This document shows positions 26,911 to 40,692 of a stretch of DNA of 64,000 nucleotides, piece by piece. Every line of letters begins with the position of its first letter. The stretch's first letter is position 1. The stretch is from the human T2T-CHM13v2.0 reference genome, Homo sapiens. The stretch is from NCBI RefSeq assembly GCF_009914755.1, contig NC_060929.1; one strand, 5' to 3'. Under the pieces are notes generated by a model, which saw only the letters and a program-made list of their open reading frames with translations, had not been told where the DNA came from and did no database searches. A program made the translations under genes and the position numbers.

Positions 26911-29374
26911 CTTTCACGTTTCCTATTTTTTTTTTAACATTTTCTTAGAAGTCAAGGATCTAAAAGCTTTAAAATTCTCAATTCATATTGCCAAACTGTC
27001 TTCCAGGGAGTTTTCACAAATTTTTGCTTGCAGCAGCAGCGTATGTATGGACACTGTTTCTTAAATTGGGAGTGAAGCTAATAAACCATTTCATTATTTC
27101 ATTAAGGCTTGCTGTGTAGTTTATTATCTTCATGGTAACAGTCATTATTTTTGTAGGTTGCAGAAAACAGTATTGAGACAAAATTAATAGTGAATAAATT
27201 AGACCTTGCAATTTAAAATTTGCAAATAAAGATGTGCTGTGATTAATTACCTTTAACTTATTCAACAAAAATGTTGATAAGAATATTACATAGATTTTTA
27301 ATATTCTGGCTGAGAAAATAAAGGAACAACTAATATGGAAGCTCGTTGATACTTAGCATTGTATATAATTGTTTCAAAGAATACAAATAATTTGGAATAT
27401 ATTATTCTCTTTTGTTGCTATCAAATTACCTTAGAAGAGAGGCACTATCCTTAAGTTTTCTGAGATGTTTGAGGTTTGACAGTTCTCTTGCTTTCTGCTA
27501 TGACTGATGAATTAGAGAATCTTGTTGAATTCTTTACTAGGAACAACATTATTGAACTGGCTAATGATGTCATATGTATATATTATAATTCGATTTCTTG
27601 TATTAACTTTAGTGCTATCGATTATAAACCACCTCCTCTCTCCCACATATAAGGGTTATAAGAAATGGCCTTATTCTAAAATTGTTTGTTTTCTTTTCCA
27701 GTATGTTATGAATAGAAATGTTTTTATTGTATTAAAAGTTAGTTCATTAGGATAATTACTCTGAATTAAATTTCCCACAGGAACTGGGAACCCAAAGTCA
27801 GCAGAAATTCATCTTTAAACAAGAACCAGAAAGTAGCATTAACTGAAATGAGAAAATAAAGACATATCTAATATCCAAATCAAAGTAGACTCACAAGGTA
27901 GTCTGTCAACTCAGGACAAATGTTGTCTTGCTTATATGGGATAAGCTATTTATTTATTTAGAATGGAAAGACATGAGGATTCCAAAGAATTTAAACTCCC
28001 AGACCTCACTTTCAGGCAAGAAATATTAACACTGTTAGGACTGAATTTATATTCATCATCTTTGTTTTCTCTCTTTCTACTTTGCAAATGCTGCTTCAGA
28101 TTGGTGTTTGAGATAAATGTTTACTTGTAGAATAATTGAAGTTAGGCAAATTACATACTTATGCTCAATGACACAGTTATCATGATGTTTGGGACACTAT
28201 AAATAGATTTTCAACTACAGATAACATATGTTATCCTTGTCTGGAAAAAGAAAATTTGATGATTTCTGACAGGTTCTTTTTGTAGTACCACACAAATGTT
28301 AACAGATACATTGGTGTGCATTTTCCCCTTTCATAATATCACCTTATCTCAAGATTTCAAACTGTGTGTTTATATGAGAGAAAAATACTGGGTTAAACAA
28401 TATCAGTCAAATCAATTGCCTTCTAGCATCAGTGGTTCTTAATAGTCTCCCTCCCCCCATATCACAAACCCCTTTGAAAAAAGGAAAAAAAGTTGGGATT
28501 ATTTCTTCTGGAACAAAAGCTCACACAAACGTGGTTCCTGCACATGTTCAGGGAATCTTGGGTGGGTGGGAATGACTCAGGTAAAGAGACAAAACAAGTG
28601 GTTGATTGCCATTTTATTTTTTAGAAATTTTAGCTAATTGTTTGAGGTTTGGCTCCATAATTTTCAGAATTAAAAGTCCTGGCCCTACAAAAAGAAAAAA
28701 AAGAAATACTGATGGCTGTGGTTTGATGTTTTTTATGTAGGGGAAAAAAATGAGTGGCATATCAACAGTTTCTTTCTCTTAGGATGTGATGTCAGTGTGA
28801 AAATAGGTGGTATATTTATAATTCACGACTTTGCAAAAGCTGTAGAATGCTTGTGTGTCTGAAAGTTAACTCTTTCATTTTGTCGTTTCTTATGATGTTT
28901 GCCATAGTATATCAGTAAATAGATGGACAAAAAGTTTTCAGAACTCATTGTAAATTAAGCATATTCTCTTCTTAAAACTGATTGCAGATCAGCATTTTTA
29001 TTTGTTTTATTTTTTTCTTATGTCACATTAACATGAATTATGAAAGACATATTGAATTCTTGATATGTGTAAGTCACTGTGCTGAAGAAAGTAAAAGATG
29101 CATATATGAATAAGCTTAGTGATCTGCCCTTGAAGTAACTATTTTCTGTTTACTTTTGATGACAGTGATAACACTGTAGGCTATTATGAATTGACATAAC
29201 TTTGTAATTTTAAAGCCCAAATATCAGAGGTATATTTATGTTTATCCAATTATATATAGAATGAAGTATAAATTTGATTGCCTCTTTATTGCATAGCTCA
29301 ATGTTTTTGATAAATATTTGGGGTTATCTTTTGTTTTAAAGAATAGGAGAATTTTTAGTCTGTGTTGCTCAGTA

Positions 29375-29625
29375 AGGTGGCATAGTATAGAAGGGTGAGA
29401 GCACAAACTCTGAAGCCAGTCTGCTTTTTTTCAAATTGCTCTGCTGTGCAATATTGAGCACATTATTTAATTTCTCTCTGTTTTCATTTTCTCCATAGTG
29501 TGGCGATAGTGACAATGTTATGTGCAGTATAGGTTGGTTATGAAGATTAAATGAGTTCTTTGTAGAACGTTTAGAATGGTTCCTATGCATAAAGCAAGCA
29601 TTGTATGTGTGTCTGTCATTAGTGT
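29375..29625 (+). mobile_element. MIR
   Basis: GCATAGTATAG...GAGAGCACAAACTCTGAAGCCAG...GAAGATTAAATGAG. Confidence 0.7.
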
Positions 29626-29654
29626 TATTATTTGAATTTGTCTGAGCCCCTTTA

Positions 29655-30225
29655 TTCATTTATTCAACAAGTAGTGTTTAACACCTACTGTACACCAGGC
29701 ACTGTTCTAGTTTCTAGGGATATAGTGGGGAACAAAACAGACAAAATTCCTTCATGGAGTTTACATAGTGGATGGGGAGGGTAGGGAGAAGATAGCTCAG
29801 TAAAATAAACACTAGTTTACATCAAATATTAGAAGGTGATTTATCTTATGAAGTAATAGAAGATTATAATGGGATGAATAGTGATGAGGAGGAAGTGCAA
29901 TTTTAAATAGGATTGTTCAGAATAAGCCTCACTGAGAAAGTGGCATGGTGGCATTGGGGAAAATGCTTGAAGGTGAAGGAGCAAGCAGTAAGGAAATCTA
30001 GGGGAGCATTTTCCCAAGTAGGGAATAGCAGCCCAAGGGCCTTATAGTGGACAAGTTTCCCATGCATTTGCAGCAGAACAAGGGCCCAGGGTGGCAGGAG
30101 TGGACGAGCAGGGCAAGAGTAGCAGTGATAAGGTCAGATAGATATGGGGGACATGTCTAAGGATTTTGATTCTTCCTTAGAGTAAAATGGGACTTCTGAG
30201 CAGGGAGGTGACTAAATCTGCTATA
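29655..30225. mobile_element. L2 LINE 3' fragment
   Basis: ATTCATTTATTCAACAAG...CACCTACTGTACACCAGGCACTGTTCTAG...AACAAAACAGAC...CTCACTGAGAAAGTG. Confidence 0.7.
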
Positions 30226-30255
30226 CTTTCATCTTTTTACCTTTAATCACTGGCT

Positions 30256-30480
30256 CAGGGTTTCTCAAACTCTGCACTATTGACATATTGAGTGGATAAT
30301 TCTTTGTTGGGGGGATTGTCCTGTGCATTGTAGGATGGTTGGCAGCATCTACAACTAGATGCCAGTAGCAACCAAAATGTTAATGTGACAATGGAAAATG
30401 TTTCTAGATGATGCCACATGTCCTCTTCCTACTTTGCAATAGTAGAACTAGGAACCCAAAGGACTACTTTGAGAACTACT
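30256..30480 (-). mobile_element. MER20 DNA transposon (hAT-Charlie)
   Basis: CAGGGTTTCTCAAAC...ACTATTGACAT...GGATAATTCTTTGTTG...GTCCTGTGCATTGTAGGATG...TAGATGCCAGTAGCA...TTGAGAACTACTG. Confidence 0.8.
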
Positions 30481-31040
30481 GCTCTTGCTCTTCCATCTTA
30501 TTCCATATTACTTAATATTGTTTTTGCTACCTACCTTTTTCTTTCTTTATGCTTAGCCATCAAACATTCAGACTTCATGTCTCTTTTGTGTCTTGTATTT
30601 GCTATCTTTTTTTTTTTAAAAAAAACCATTATCTGTATTTTTCTTTACATTTACCTCATTCTTTTTCCCTTAATTCAACCTACTTTAAAAATATGCCTTC
30701 CAATTTCCATCCACCACTTCCATTTTTTTGCTTTCCATTTTGTTTTCACAATGAAATAAAAGTTAAATTGGTATTTTTTAAGGGATTTGGGTAAATATGT
30801 GTGTTTTAGGATTTGGGAGAAAAAAAGGAGAAACTCAGAAAGAATGAAGGGAGCAGTTGAGGCTGAGCTGCTTGTCTTCTTGCCAGTTAGTTTGTGAGTG
30901 AGATCAGAGGCAACCTTGACTAGTGGAAGGACTTTTGTCTCATCCATCAATTAGTCTTATGCTGCTTCTGCCATTTTCATTTCTGTAGACAGAAGAGAAT
31001 TTAGAATGGTTTCACTGCTGTCTAGTGGGGGACAAATTAT

Positions 31041-31069
31041 AGATGATGATGATGACGATGATGATGATA
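31041..31069. repeat. (GAT)n trinucleotide repeat with one GAC interruption
   Basis: Read directly. Confidence 0.9.
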
Positions 31070-31506
31070 CAGATGACTGACAACTGTTAACTTCTCACTA
31101 TGTGCCAGGGACTATTGTGAGTTAACTCACTTAATCCTCATAGCCACCCTTTGAGGTACCTATAATTATTCTATAGATGAAGAAGCACAGACAGAGAGGT
31201 TAATTAAGAGCAAGTGTTGGAGTTGAACTCCTGATATTTCCCCCTTTAAGCTGAAGTCCATGACCTGCTTCCCAATTCCTGGCAGCCACACAGTTGCTCT
31301 GCTATTTTTCAGTCTTCTAACTTCAACATAGTTACTTTTTACTCTTTTTCATCCTCTACCTTCTTTAAATCACGTCTCTTTTTCCTTTCTTGTTTTTATC
31401 CTTTCTCCTCTACTTTCTGTCTTACTTTTTTTCTTCTGTTTTTCTGCCTTTTGCTTCCTTATCCTCTTCTTTGAAATCCATATCTTATTTACTAAATTTT
31501 TTTTGA

Positions 31507-31770
31507 CACTTTGAGAGGCAGAGGCAGGAGGATTGCTTGAGGCCAGGAGTTCAAGACCAGCTTGGGCAACAGAGCAAGACCCTGTTTCTATAAGAAATGA
31601 AAAATAAGCTGGGTGCTGTGGTATGTGCCTATAGTCCCAGCCACTCTGGAGCCTGAGCTGGGAGGATCGCTTGAGCCCAGGAGTTCAAGGTTCCACTGAA
31701 CTGTAACCATGCTACTGCATTCAAGCCTGGGTGACAGAAAAAGACTCTGCCTCAAAAAATAAAAATAAAC
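31507..31770 (+). mobile_element. Alu (AluJ-like), 5'-truncated
   Basis: CACTTTGAGAGGCAGAGGCAGGAGGATTGCTTGAGGCCAGGAG... with A-rich tail. Confidence 0.9.
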
Positions 31771-32639
31771 CCAGAAAAATATTTCTTTTATTGCCTACTA
31801 TATGCAGGGTACTGGGCTATTCCATATAGATAAAATAGTCAGCAAAACATATGTAGCCCCTGCCGTCTTGGAACTTATATTTTAGTAGAGAGACATTATT
31901 CAAATAATAATATAAATAATATTTATGGAAGAGTATTAAGGGTTATAAAAGAAAAGTACATGATGCAACAAGAGCATAAAATCATTGATAAGTCTTGTTG
32001 ATTCTTGCTGAGAAGAGGATTTTGATTAGCTGCTTTCTTTCCCGCTGCCACCTCTCTAATCCCTATGCTGTTAATTTCATAGATGGTGTTTTAATAGCCC
32101 TAGAGCTAATTTATCTGCCTTTTGTTCTCCTCTGCCAGTTCATTCTCTAAACACTGCCAGATTAATCTAATGTACTGCTTTCTTTGGGCCAGTCCCCTGC
32201 TTAAAAGATCACCCACTATCTCCTGTTACTTAAAATGTCAAATGATCAAACCCAGCCTTCCAGCCTGACATCCAGTGGTCCCGTCTTTCCAATTTGGCCT
32301 TGTCTCTGTCTTTCCTTCAGTGAGTAACACAGAGACCATCCCAGGCAATCTTGATATTATCACAATATTTTACCCAACTTGATATCTGTGCTCCTTATGT
32401 TTATAATCATTACCCCACTATCTTGGATTTGCTTATGTCACTTCACAGTTATTCCCTGGTTGTGCATTACTTTAAGATCTAGTAATCTTTCTCTATTGAT
32501 TACTAACTATGTAACCTTCAAGAAAACATTTTGAAAGTCTCACTGTTATTATCTGATCAGGAAGTTGAACTTGAAAATTCAATTGCATGTAATACTTATT
32601 AGGGACCAAAAGCCAATCGTTCTACTTGTGTGTGAGAGC

Positions 32640-34170
32640 CTGTTATTTCCCATTTACTCAAGAACATCATGAACAATCCTCCCCTACCTCTCATATACCA
32701 TCATTGTTTTCTCTCTCCCCTAAATGATTCCTGCCAGCATACAAATGAAATAAGTGTTAAAACCCTTTCTTAAGCCCTCTTCCCCTAAAAATTACTATCT
32801 GATTTCTCAGTTCTTCTTTACAAAAATAAAAATAAAAAATAAAAAAAAACTTGGAAGAGTTCTCTGTATTTGCTGTCACCTATTTTTCCCTGTTCTTTCC
32901 TAAATCCAGTCATATCTGTACTCTCACTACCATACCAAAACTGCCTCTATCACGGTTGTCAGTGACTCCATGTTATTTAATCCAATAGTCAACCTTCAGG
33001 CCTAATCTAGCAGCAGTTGACAGTCTCTTTAATAATCTTTCTTCACTTAGCTTGAAGAATTACCATTTCACTTCACTGATTTTTCTTTTTGTTACCTTCA
33101 CTTATTCCTCCTCTAGGATGTCTAAACTGAAATTTTTATTCTTTAAAAAAAGGTACTCTTCTTGGTGTTTTATTCAGCCTTGTGGATAAATTCCATTTAT
33201 ATGTCCACGACTCCCAAATTTGTATCTCCAACCCAAACCTTTTTTCTGAGCTTGTGTAGCCAACAGTCTACTCCCTATCTCTACTTGGCTAAGAGACATC
33301 TTAATTTTACCATATAGCAAACTGAACCCAGATCTCCCCCCTCCCACAAAAACCTAATCCCATGCAGTTCTTCCCCTCCCTTGTCAGTTAACGGCATCTC
33401 CATCCTTTTAGACCTGGGAGTCTTTATTAATTCCTCTTTCTCTCATGCGTTATGTTCAATTCACTAGAAAGCCTAGTTAGCCCCATCTTCAAAATGTTTC
33501 CAAAGTCTGACCAATTTTTACCTCTTTCACTGTTACCATCCTGGTCCAAGCCACACTTTATTTCTCACTTTGATTGCTACAATAGCCTCCTGACTATTCT
33601 CCTTTGCTCTCTTAAACCTTTCTCAGCATTATCAGTAAGTGTGAAGTTAGACCACATTACTCTTTTCAGATCCCTGTAGCAGTTTCTCATTTTACTCAAA
33701 GTCAGAGCACTTACTGTAGCTTTGAGGCCTTTCACAGTTGTCCTCCCTTCCTTGTTATGGTTCTAATGTCCTCCCCAATTTACTACTTTCTCTGTGGCTC
33801 TCCTTACTTCAGGCTCAGTCACAGTAGTCGGCTGTTACAGGAACAAAGGCGCTATGTACATTTTCACGCCTATATCCCCACCTGAGCAAACGCTTACCTC
33901 ACTCAAACTTTGCTCCAGTGGCAGAACACCACAGCCTGTTCAGGCAACTCCACATGTTGCTGAATGCTGCAGCATTTCCTGTTCTTCTTTCCTTTTTTCT
34001 TAATAATCATCAGTTATTTATATACCGAACAATTTATTTCTCATATTTATTATTATTTCCTGCCTCCAGCTTCTGAAGGTCAGTGACCTGTTTTTGTTCT
34101 CTTTTTATATTTCAAGTTTCTAGAGCAGTGGCTGGCATGTAGTAGATGCTCATTAAATGAATTAATAAAT
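32640..34170. mobile_element. L2 LINE remnant
   Basis: Pyrimidine-rich L2-like segments (GACTCCCAAATTTGTATCTCCA; CTGGTCCAAGCCAC; GGCTGGCATGTAGTAGATGCTCATTAAATG terminus). Confidence 0.65.
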
Positions 34171-36148
34171 TACTGGATCTCTTTCAGCTCTAAACTCATC
34201 CTTCCAAAGTTCTCAAGGATCAAAGCTATTACCTTTTAGTTTCTACTGCAATCCAATATTTGCAGAGAAGGAACAAGAAATAGATACTTATTAAAGATTT
34301 CATATGAATTATTTATCTTCTTGCCTAATATATATGGTGGTGGTTTTTGGATTGGCTGGCGGGAGCTGTTGTTTCTCCTACTTTGATTCCATAATCTACT
34401 AGTTTCATTAAACTCATCTCATTCCCATTCAACTCAACCCATGTTCTTGTTTTTTGGAATAGACAAAGGATCTCTCAGCAATAGCTAGTATCCTGAATGC
34501 TTATTGTGTGTCATAGTTCTGAGTTTTTAAAAAATATTAACTCATGAAGTCCTGACACCTCTCACCTCCCAACCAGTGGCTCCCACATTGTCCCTCCTAT
34601 GTAGAAATTTTGGAGACATTTTGTCTATGTAAACCCTAAACGTGGCCTGTAATCTCAGGATTTCATCTTTAGGCAAAAGTCTGACTCTGATTTAGGAGTG
34701 CCCATTTTTCCTTTTTGCCTAGGAATGTAATTTTAAACTCTTTGAAGCACTTAGAATTATATATTCTAAATCAGATGTAATTCTATTTTCTTCTAATAGA
34801 ATATATAAATTAAAATGGGGAGAAAGCATGTCTACTTTTTACAACCTTCTCTGTTTTTCTGCTTCTGGAATATCATGCATTTTTCTTGCCTTTAGCCATT
34901 ACAAATTTTAAATTAACTGGAAAATGACATTTAAAAATGGATATTGGATATAGTTTAAGTAAGTTTTAAGCACTCTACTTATGTGCTTTAGAAACAAGCA
35001 AGCAGATTGGTAAGACCTAATGCAATTTAAAACACCGAGAAATTAGGTAATATCACTCTGGCTTCTTTTTCTTCTCTTTTATATACTTCCTCTAGTGTTC
35101 AAAAATATGGGTACTTATAATCAGCCTATTCAGATACTAAAGTACTACAGTCGTTAAGGTAGAAATGGGGCTTTCCTAACCTAATATTGTTTGGAGATTA
35201 TCCTATCAAGTTACTGAACTTTCAGTATATTGTCTAAGCACACATGCTCTCTTTCATTGCTTGTGGGGATTGAGTCATGCGAGGCCTTTTCATATGCGTT
35301 TTCAATCTGTCCACTTCAATCAGGGAGACTGTTGGACCTCTGTCTTTAAAGACCATGCTATGTTGCAAACTCTCCCTCAGTTTTTATAACTGAAGTCCAG
35401 GTTTTAGTTGTGCAGTTTGAATATGAACATAAACCTTCCAGCATGCTATATTTATGCAAAGTAAGAAATATTATATACCAGAATAACCACTACTGGATTA
35501 TTTTGAACATAGAAATTAAATAAGCTAATGAGATCATTTTGCTTTAATATATTAAAATGTTATTTAAATATATTGATTTCAAACTGCTTTAACAAATCAC
35601 CAAGAAATCCCTGGGATTAAAAAATGATTCAAAGAAAAAATATATACTATTGGCATTTAATATAGAATATTAATAGTTGCTAGCACTTGTAAAGAAGAAG
35701 ATAACTTTACATTGTAAAAGTAACTTATTGCCGTTTACTGTTTTTTTAAAATCAGGGACTAGTGTTTGAATTAAGTTATTCTAAATTGACATCTAATAGT
35801 ATTCAAATTTGTTTGATGCCCCATAGTTTTTAAGTAACTTCGATACCTACTAGTTCTTAAGTAACTGTGATACCTACTAGTTCAGTTAGTCATCATTAGA
35901 TGAAGTAAAAAAAAATAGAATAAATTACTTTCAATAACTTTATGAGACATTGTTTTGTAAGCTGTATTCACTTGTGGAAGTACTTTATGCTATAATGATT
36001 AATTCATTTTAAAATAAAATTCAAAACTAGACATACACCCTGTAACATTTTTTCGGGAGATTTATATTCGATACTGAAACCTTATTCATAACAGGCTGCA
36101 TTGTATGCCCTTGGGGAAACTAACATTTGTTAAAATACAGAATAATAT

Positions 36149-36242
36149 GGCACAGCAGTACGAGCCTGTAATCCCAGCTACTCAGGAGGCTGAGACAGGA
36201 GAATTGCTTGAACCTGGGAGGCAGAGGTTGCAGTGAGCCCAG
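36149..36242 (+). mobile_element. Alu right-arm fragment without poly-A
   Basis: GCCTGTAATCCCAGCTACTCAGGAGGCTGAGACAGGAGAATTGCTTGAACCTGGGAGGCAGAGGTTGCAGTGAGCCCAG. Confidence 0.85.
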
Positions 36243-37162
36243 TGTTTGTGATTGTTTCATTAATCATAGAGTATGCACAAAAATGTTCAAGAGTTTAACA
36301 TCTGCTTCCTGAAGTTACTAATACTCATACTGTCCAATGAATTCCAATACTCACCAATAACCTCTTAGTTCTGTAGCTCAGGTAACCTAAGATTTACTTT
36401 GCGTGAGTACTGCGTTAGCCAATAATATTTATACAATTTTCTTTTTTGCAGGGAGGGGGATAGTTACCAAGAAACCATCCAAGACAATTTTTGCTCATAA
36501 TGTTTTTCTTTTTGTGCTCCCACAGAAAAAGTGAAGTCATACTTAGTATACTGACAATGTAGTACTATCTAATGGAGTTAACTCCTGTACTATACAGATT
36601 AGCTGTTGCTTAGATTTGAAATGTTTCTAACCATATTATGTTATTTTTGGCTTCTGATAATGTGTCTGCAAACTGATGAAGAAAGAGAGTTAATGAAAAA
36701 ACACTGGCAACTGAACAGAGTTGCAGAGAGCAAGGAAAAACAGGGAATGAAGAATATATTTAAGTCTTGTTTTGTATAAACAAGATACTATTGTTAAAAT
36801 ATTTAGTGAACCTACAGATAGACCATTATTTACTGAGCTGAAACAAGATGATGATTGTCTTAAATTGTGAGGAAAGTAAACCAGTTAAGTATTTTTTATT
36901 AAGAAACTTTGATTTCCTATGCAATTATAATATTAAATATTCTTTTTTTTCACTCTGTGCTAACAGTAAATAGATGAGGTCCGATTCACTTCATGTCTTC
37001 AGAAGTTTTCCTTTAAACCACACTAATCAAATTAGCATTGACTTGAAGTATTTTTCAATATAAAGTACATGGCAGGCAATACTTTGGCCCATCTAATTCC
37101 CTTTGATATTTGTGAATTTTCAAATTAAACACAGCTACTTTACCAATGTTTTAAAATATATC

Positions 37163-37447
<285 letters not shown>

Positions 37448-38134
37448 GTTTTAAAATATATCATTGCCGATGTTGTTTCCATGATTAGTATAGGAAAGGA
37501 ATTTAGCATACATGTATTGTATGCATTATAAAATTATGGAAGTCTTTGGAAGAGCTTCTGTTTTTTGAAAAATAATACTGTATTATTTTAATAACGTTCC
37601 TTTTAATTGTAGAAAGCAGATTACATTAATCAATACAGTGGAATATGTTAGATTAACATGGCTAGAAATATAATTTAAAAATAAGATGTTTCTGCACATT
37701 TAAGAGAAGTTTTCTAACAAAAATGGTGTTTCATGTACTGTGTCGTAAAAACAGAATTTGGTTAGTGATAAAATTTTAAATTGTAGCATTTTTGTGAAAT
37801 TTGTTTCAATTTGCCTAGAATAATTTTGTTTCAAAACAAATTTTGAAATTGTTTAATGGTTATATTCAAATAGGTCTCCATTACACGAGAGAACCAAGAA
37901 GTATCTAATTTGATTTGGTCACAATCTGTCACTCTAACAGAAAATTGACTAATGGTTCTTTTTTATTGTTGTTATGAGTGCCATAATTTTAATGTGTCTT
38001 TAAATGAAATTTAGCATGGGAGCAGAAATTACTCCCATGCTAAATTATTATCCAATTTAGTATGTTATACAAAGAATGAAAAATTTGTCACCTTTTTAAA
38101 AAATGAGCTTATTGCCCACTGGATATTTTGTTTC

Positions 38135-38762
38135 TTTTTTAAAAAAATAATTTCAGCTTTTATTTTACATTCAGGGGGTACATGTGCAGGTTTTTAACAT
38201 GGGTATATTGTGTGATGCTGAGGTTTGGAGTACAGTTGATCCCTTCACTTAGGTAGTGAGCATAGTACCCAATAGTTTTTCAACACTTTTCCCGCTTCTT
38301 CTCTCCCCCCATTAGTCCCCAGTGTTTATCACTGCTGTCTTCATGTTCTTGAGTGCCCAGTGTTTAGCTCCTGCTTATAAGCCAGAACATACAGTATTTG
38401 ATTTTCTGTTCCTGTGTTAATTTGCTAAAGATTATGGCCTCCGGCTGCATCCATGTTGCTGCAAAGAACATGATTTCATTCTTTGTTATGACTGTATAGT
38501 ATTCCATGGTGTATATGTACCATATTTTCTTTATCCATTCTACCATTGATGGGCACCTAGATTGATTCTATGTCTTTGCTATTATGAATAGTGATGCGAT
38601 GAACATATGAGTATGTGTGTTTTTTTGGTAGAATGATTTATTTTCTTTTGGATATATACCTGGCAATGGGATTGCTGGGTTTAATGGTATTTTTATTTTA
38701 AGTTCTTTGAGAAATGTCGAACTGCTTTCCACAGTGACTGAACTAATTTATAGCTCCATCAG
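38135..38762 (-). mobile_element. L1 3' fragment (older L1PA/L1PB)
   Basis: L1 3'UTR plus ORF2 C-terminus; ORF 38364-38546 reads EWIKKIWYIYTMEYY. Confidence 0.9.
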
Positions 38763-39009
38763 AGTAAGAACCTTGTATGCCTTTTATGTTATTTTACCCT
38801 GTTAGCTTACCATAGTGCTGATCATGTAGCAACATAGCAAAGTATATGTAATGACGATCTGCGAACATAACATTTTAAATTTTTTCTTGGCAAGTATATT
38901 TAGATGGCATAGGATGAATAAGGAGTTTTCAGTGTCTGAACAACTGTAATTTTAGTTTTAAGTTAGCTCCCTTTGTGTCACTTTCATTATTTTAGAATTC
39001 AACTATATT

Positions 39010-39340
39010 ATTGGTTATGGTAGGTTAGGTAGGTTAGGGAATGCTGCAGTAATAAATCAACCGTGACATTTCAGTGGTTTAAATCAACAAACGTTCATTT
39101 GTCTAACATGGTATATTCTCCAGTGCAAGTTGGCGAGGAGCTCTACTCCAAAGAGTCACTCAGGAATCCAGCCTCTTGTGATACCCTATTTCAACACATG
39201 GTTTCCAGGGAAAAAAGAATGCAAGAATTCATACCCACACCTATGTGTTTTAGTTTGTAAATGACACAGATTACCTGTGCATACAGAACTGTATCCCCAA
39301 GTGAAATGCAAGAGAAATAAAGCCTTCTTATAAATCTATG
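39010..39340. mobile_element. Old MaLR (MLT1) LTR fragment
   Basis: GGTTAGGGAATGCTGCAGTAATAAATCAACC...TTTCAGTGGTTTAAATCAACAAAC. Confidence 0.5.
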
Positions 39341-40294
39341 ATGAAAAAAAATCAGTTTGGACTTGATGAGCCCTGTATTGTCTTGGCCAGAACTTTACTA
39401 TTTTTGGATTCTTCCTTTTCAAAGTAAGGTTTATGGAATATTTATTTTATCAGATAGGTTCAACATACATACATACATACAAACACAGCTTCTCACAGAA
39501 GATTTGCTAAACTCAATACATTTGACATTATTTCTCAAATTTATTGGGCTAAAGATTCTGATTTTCGGAGACCATATGTCAGAGCTAGCATTCTATGAAG
39601 CAGTTTTAGGAAACACTGTTCTTGATCATGTTGATTGAATAAATGTCAGAATGTGTCATAAACAGAAGAAACTAATTTTTAATGCAGTCTTTAGCCTATA
39701 GTAAATTCACAAATATATCATCTTTTATTGTGCTTGTCAGTAAAATTTTAAATTAAAAAATAAAATATTGTTTAGTTTATCATGAATATAAATTTCTGAA
39801 TATCTCAGATAACAAATCTGGCCAAGAACCTGGAATTAAGTGGGCAAAGAAATACCTACAGTTGATGTAAGTGATTCTTAACAAATTTGCATGAAGATCA
39901 TGCACTCAAACAAACTTACTTTATTTCATTCAGTTCCAACTTGGCCTTAATTGGCACAGAACATTAACAATCTTAATTTTCAGCCTATAGTAGATTGTAG
40001 ATACCAAATTAGAAGGGGTTACAAGTCTTCTTTCCTTCTAAAAATTTGCATACTGTCAGAGGTATGAAACAGCATATAGCTCAACACAGGAAAAACCCAG
40101 GATGACATTTTTAAAAAAGCAAGCGTATAACTAACAATATTGTTTAATAGAAGAAAATATTCCTATTTCTTAACTACTCAAGTTATCTGAACAAAGTTTA
40201 ATTACCATTAGCATACTCACTTTTAAAATGTGAGGCAAATGTATAAAACATTCGAAATGATTACCGACTCTAGTACTGAAAGTTAAAAAAGAAA

Positions 40295-40692
40295 ATAAAT
40301 ATATGTCTTATGTATAATATATAATATATAATTTATCTTATATATAAATGTATATACTTTGTATTACATATAAAATATATTATATAATACATGAATATTA
40401 TATATATCATTTATAATATATAAGAATATATACCAATTCTTATATATAATATATACCTTATATGTTAGATATATTTTATATCTAATATATGTTTATATAA
40501 TTAGATATGATATATAATATATAATTATATATTGTATATATAAATGTATGTACAATATGTCATATATAATTATATATTGTATATATGAAATATATTCATT
40601 TATATATAGTATATAATATATAATATATTATACATATATTGTATATACACTTATATATAATATATATACACATTTTTATATATATATGTTAT
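40295..40692. repeat. Degenerate (TA)-rich low-complexity tract
   Basis: About 400 bp of almost pure A/T with TATA units. Confidence 0.9.

Noticed and set aside
30965-31080. Good-looking acceptor (CATTTCTGTAG) followed by a GAT repeat that could encode poly-Asp
   Set aside because: No convincing partner donor or open frame; microsatellite next to a MIR remnant
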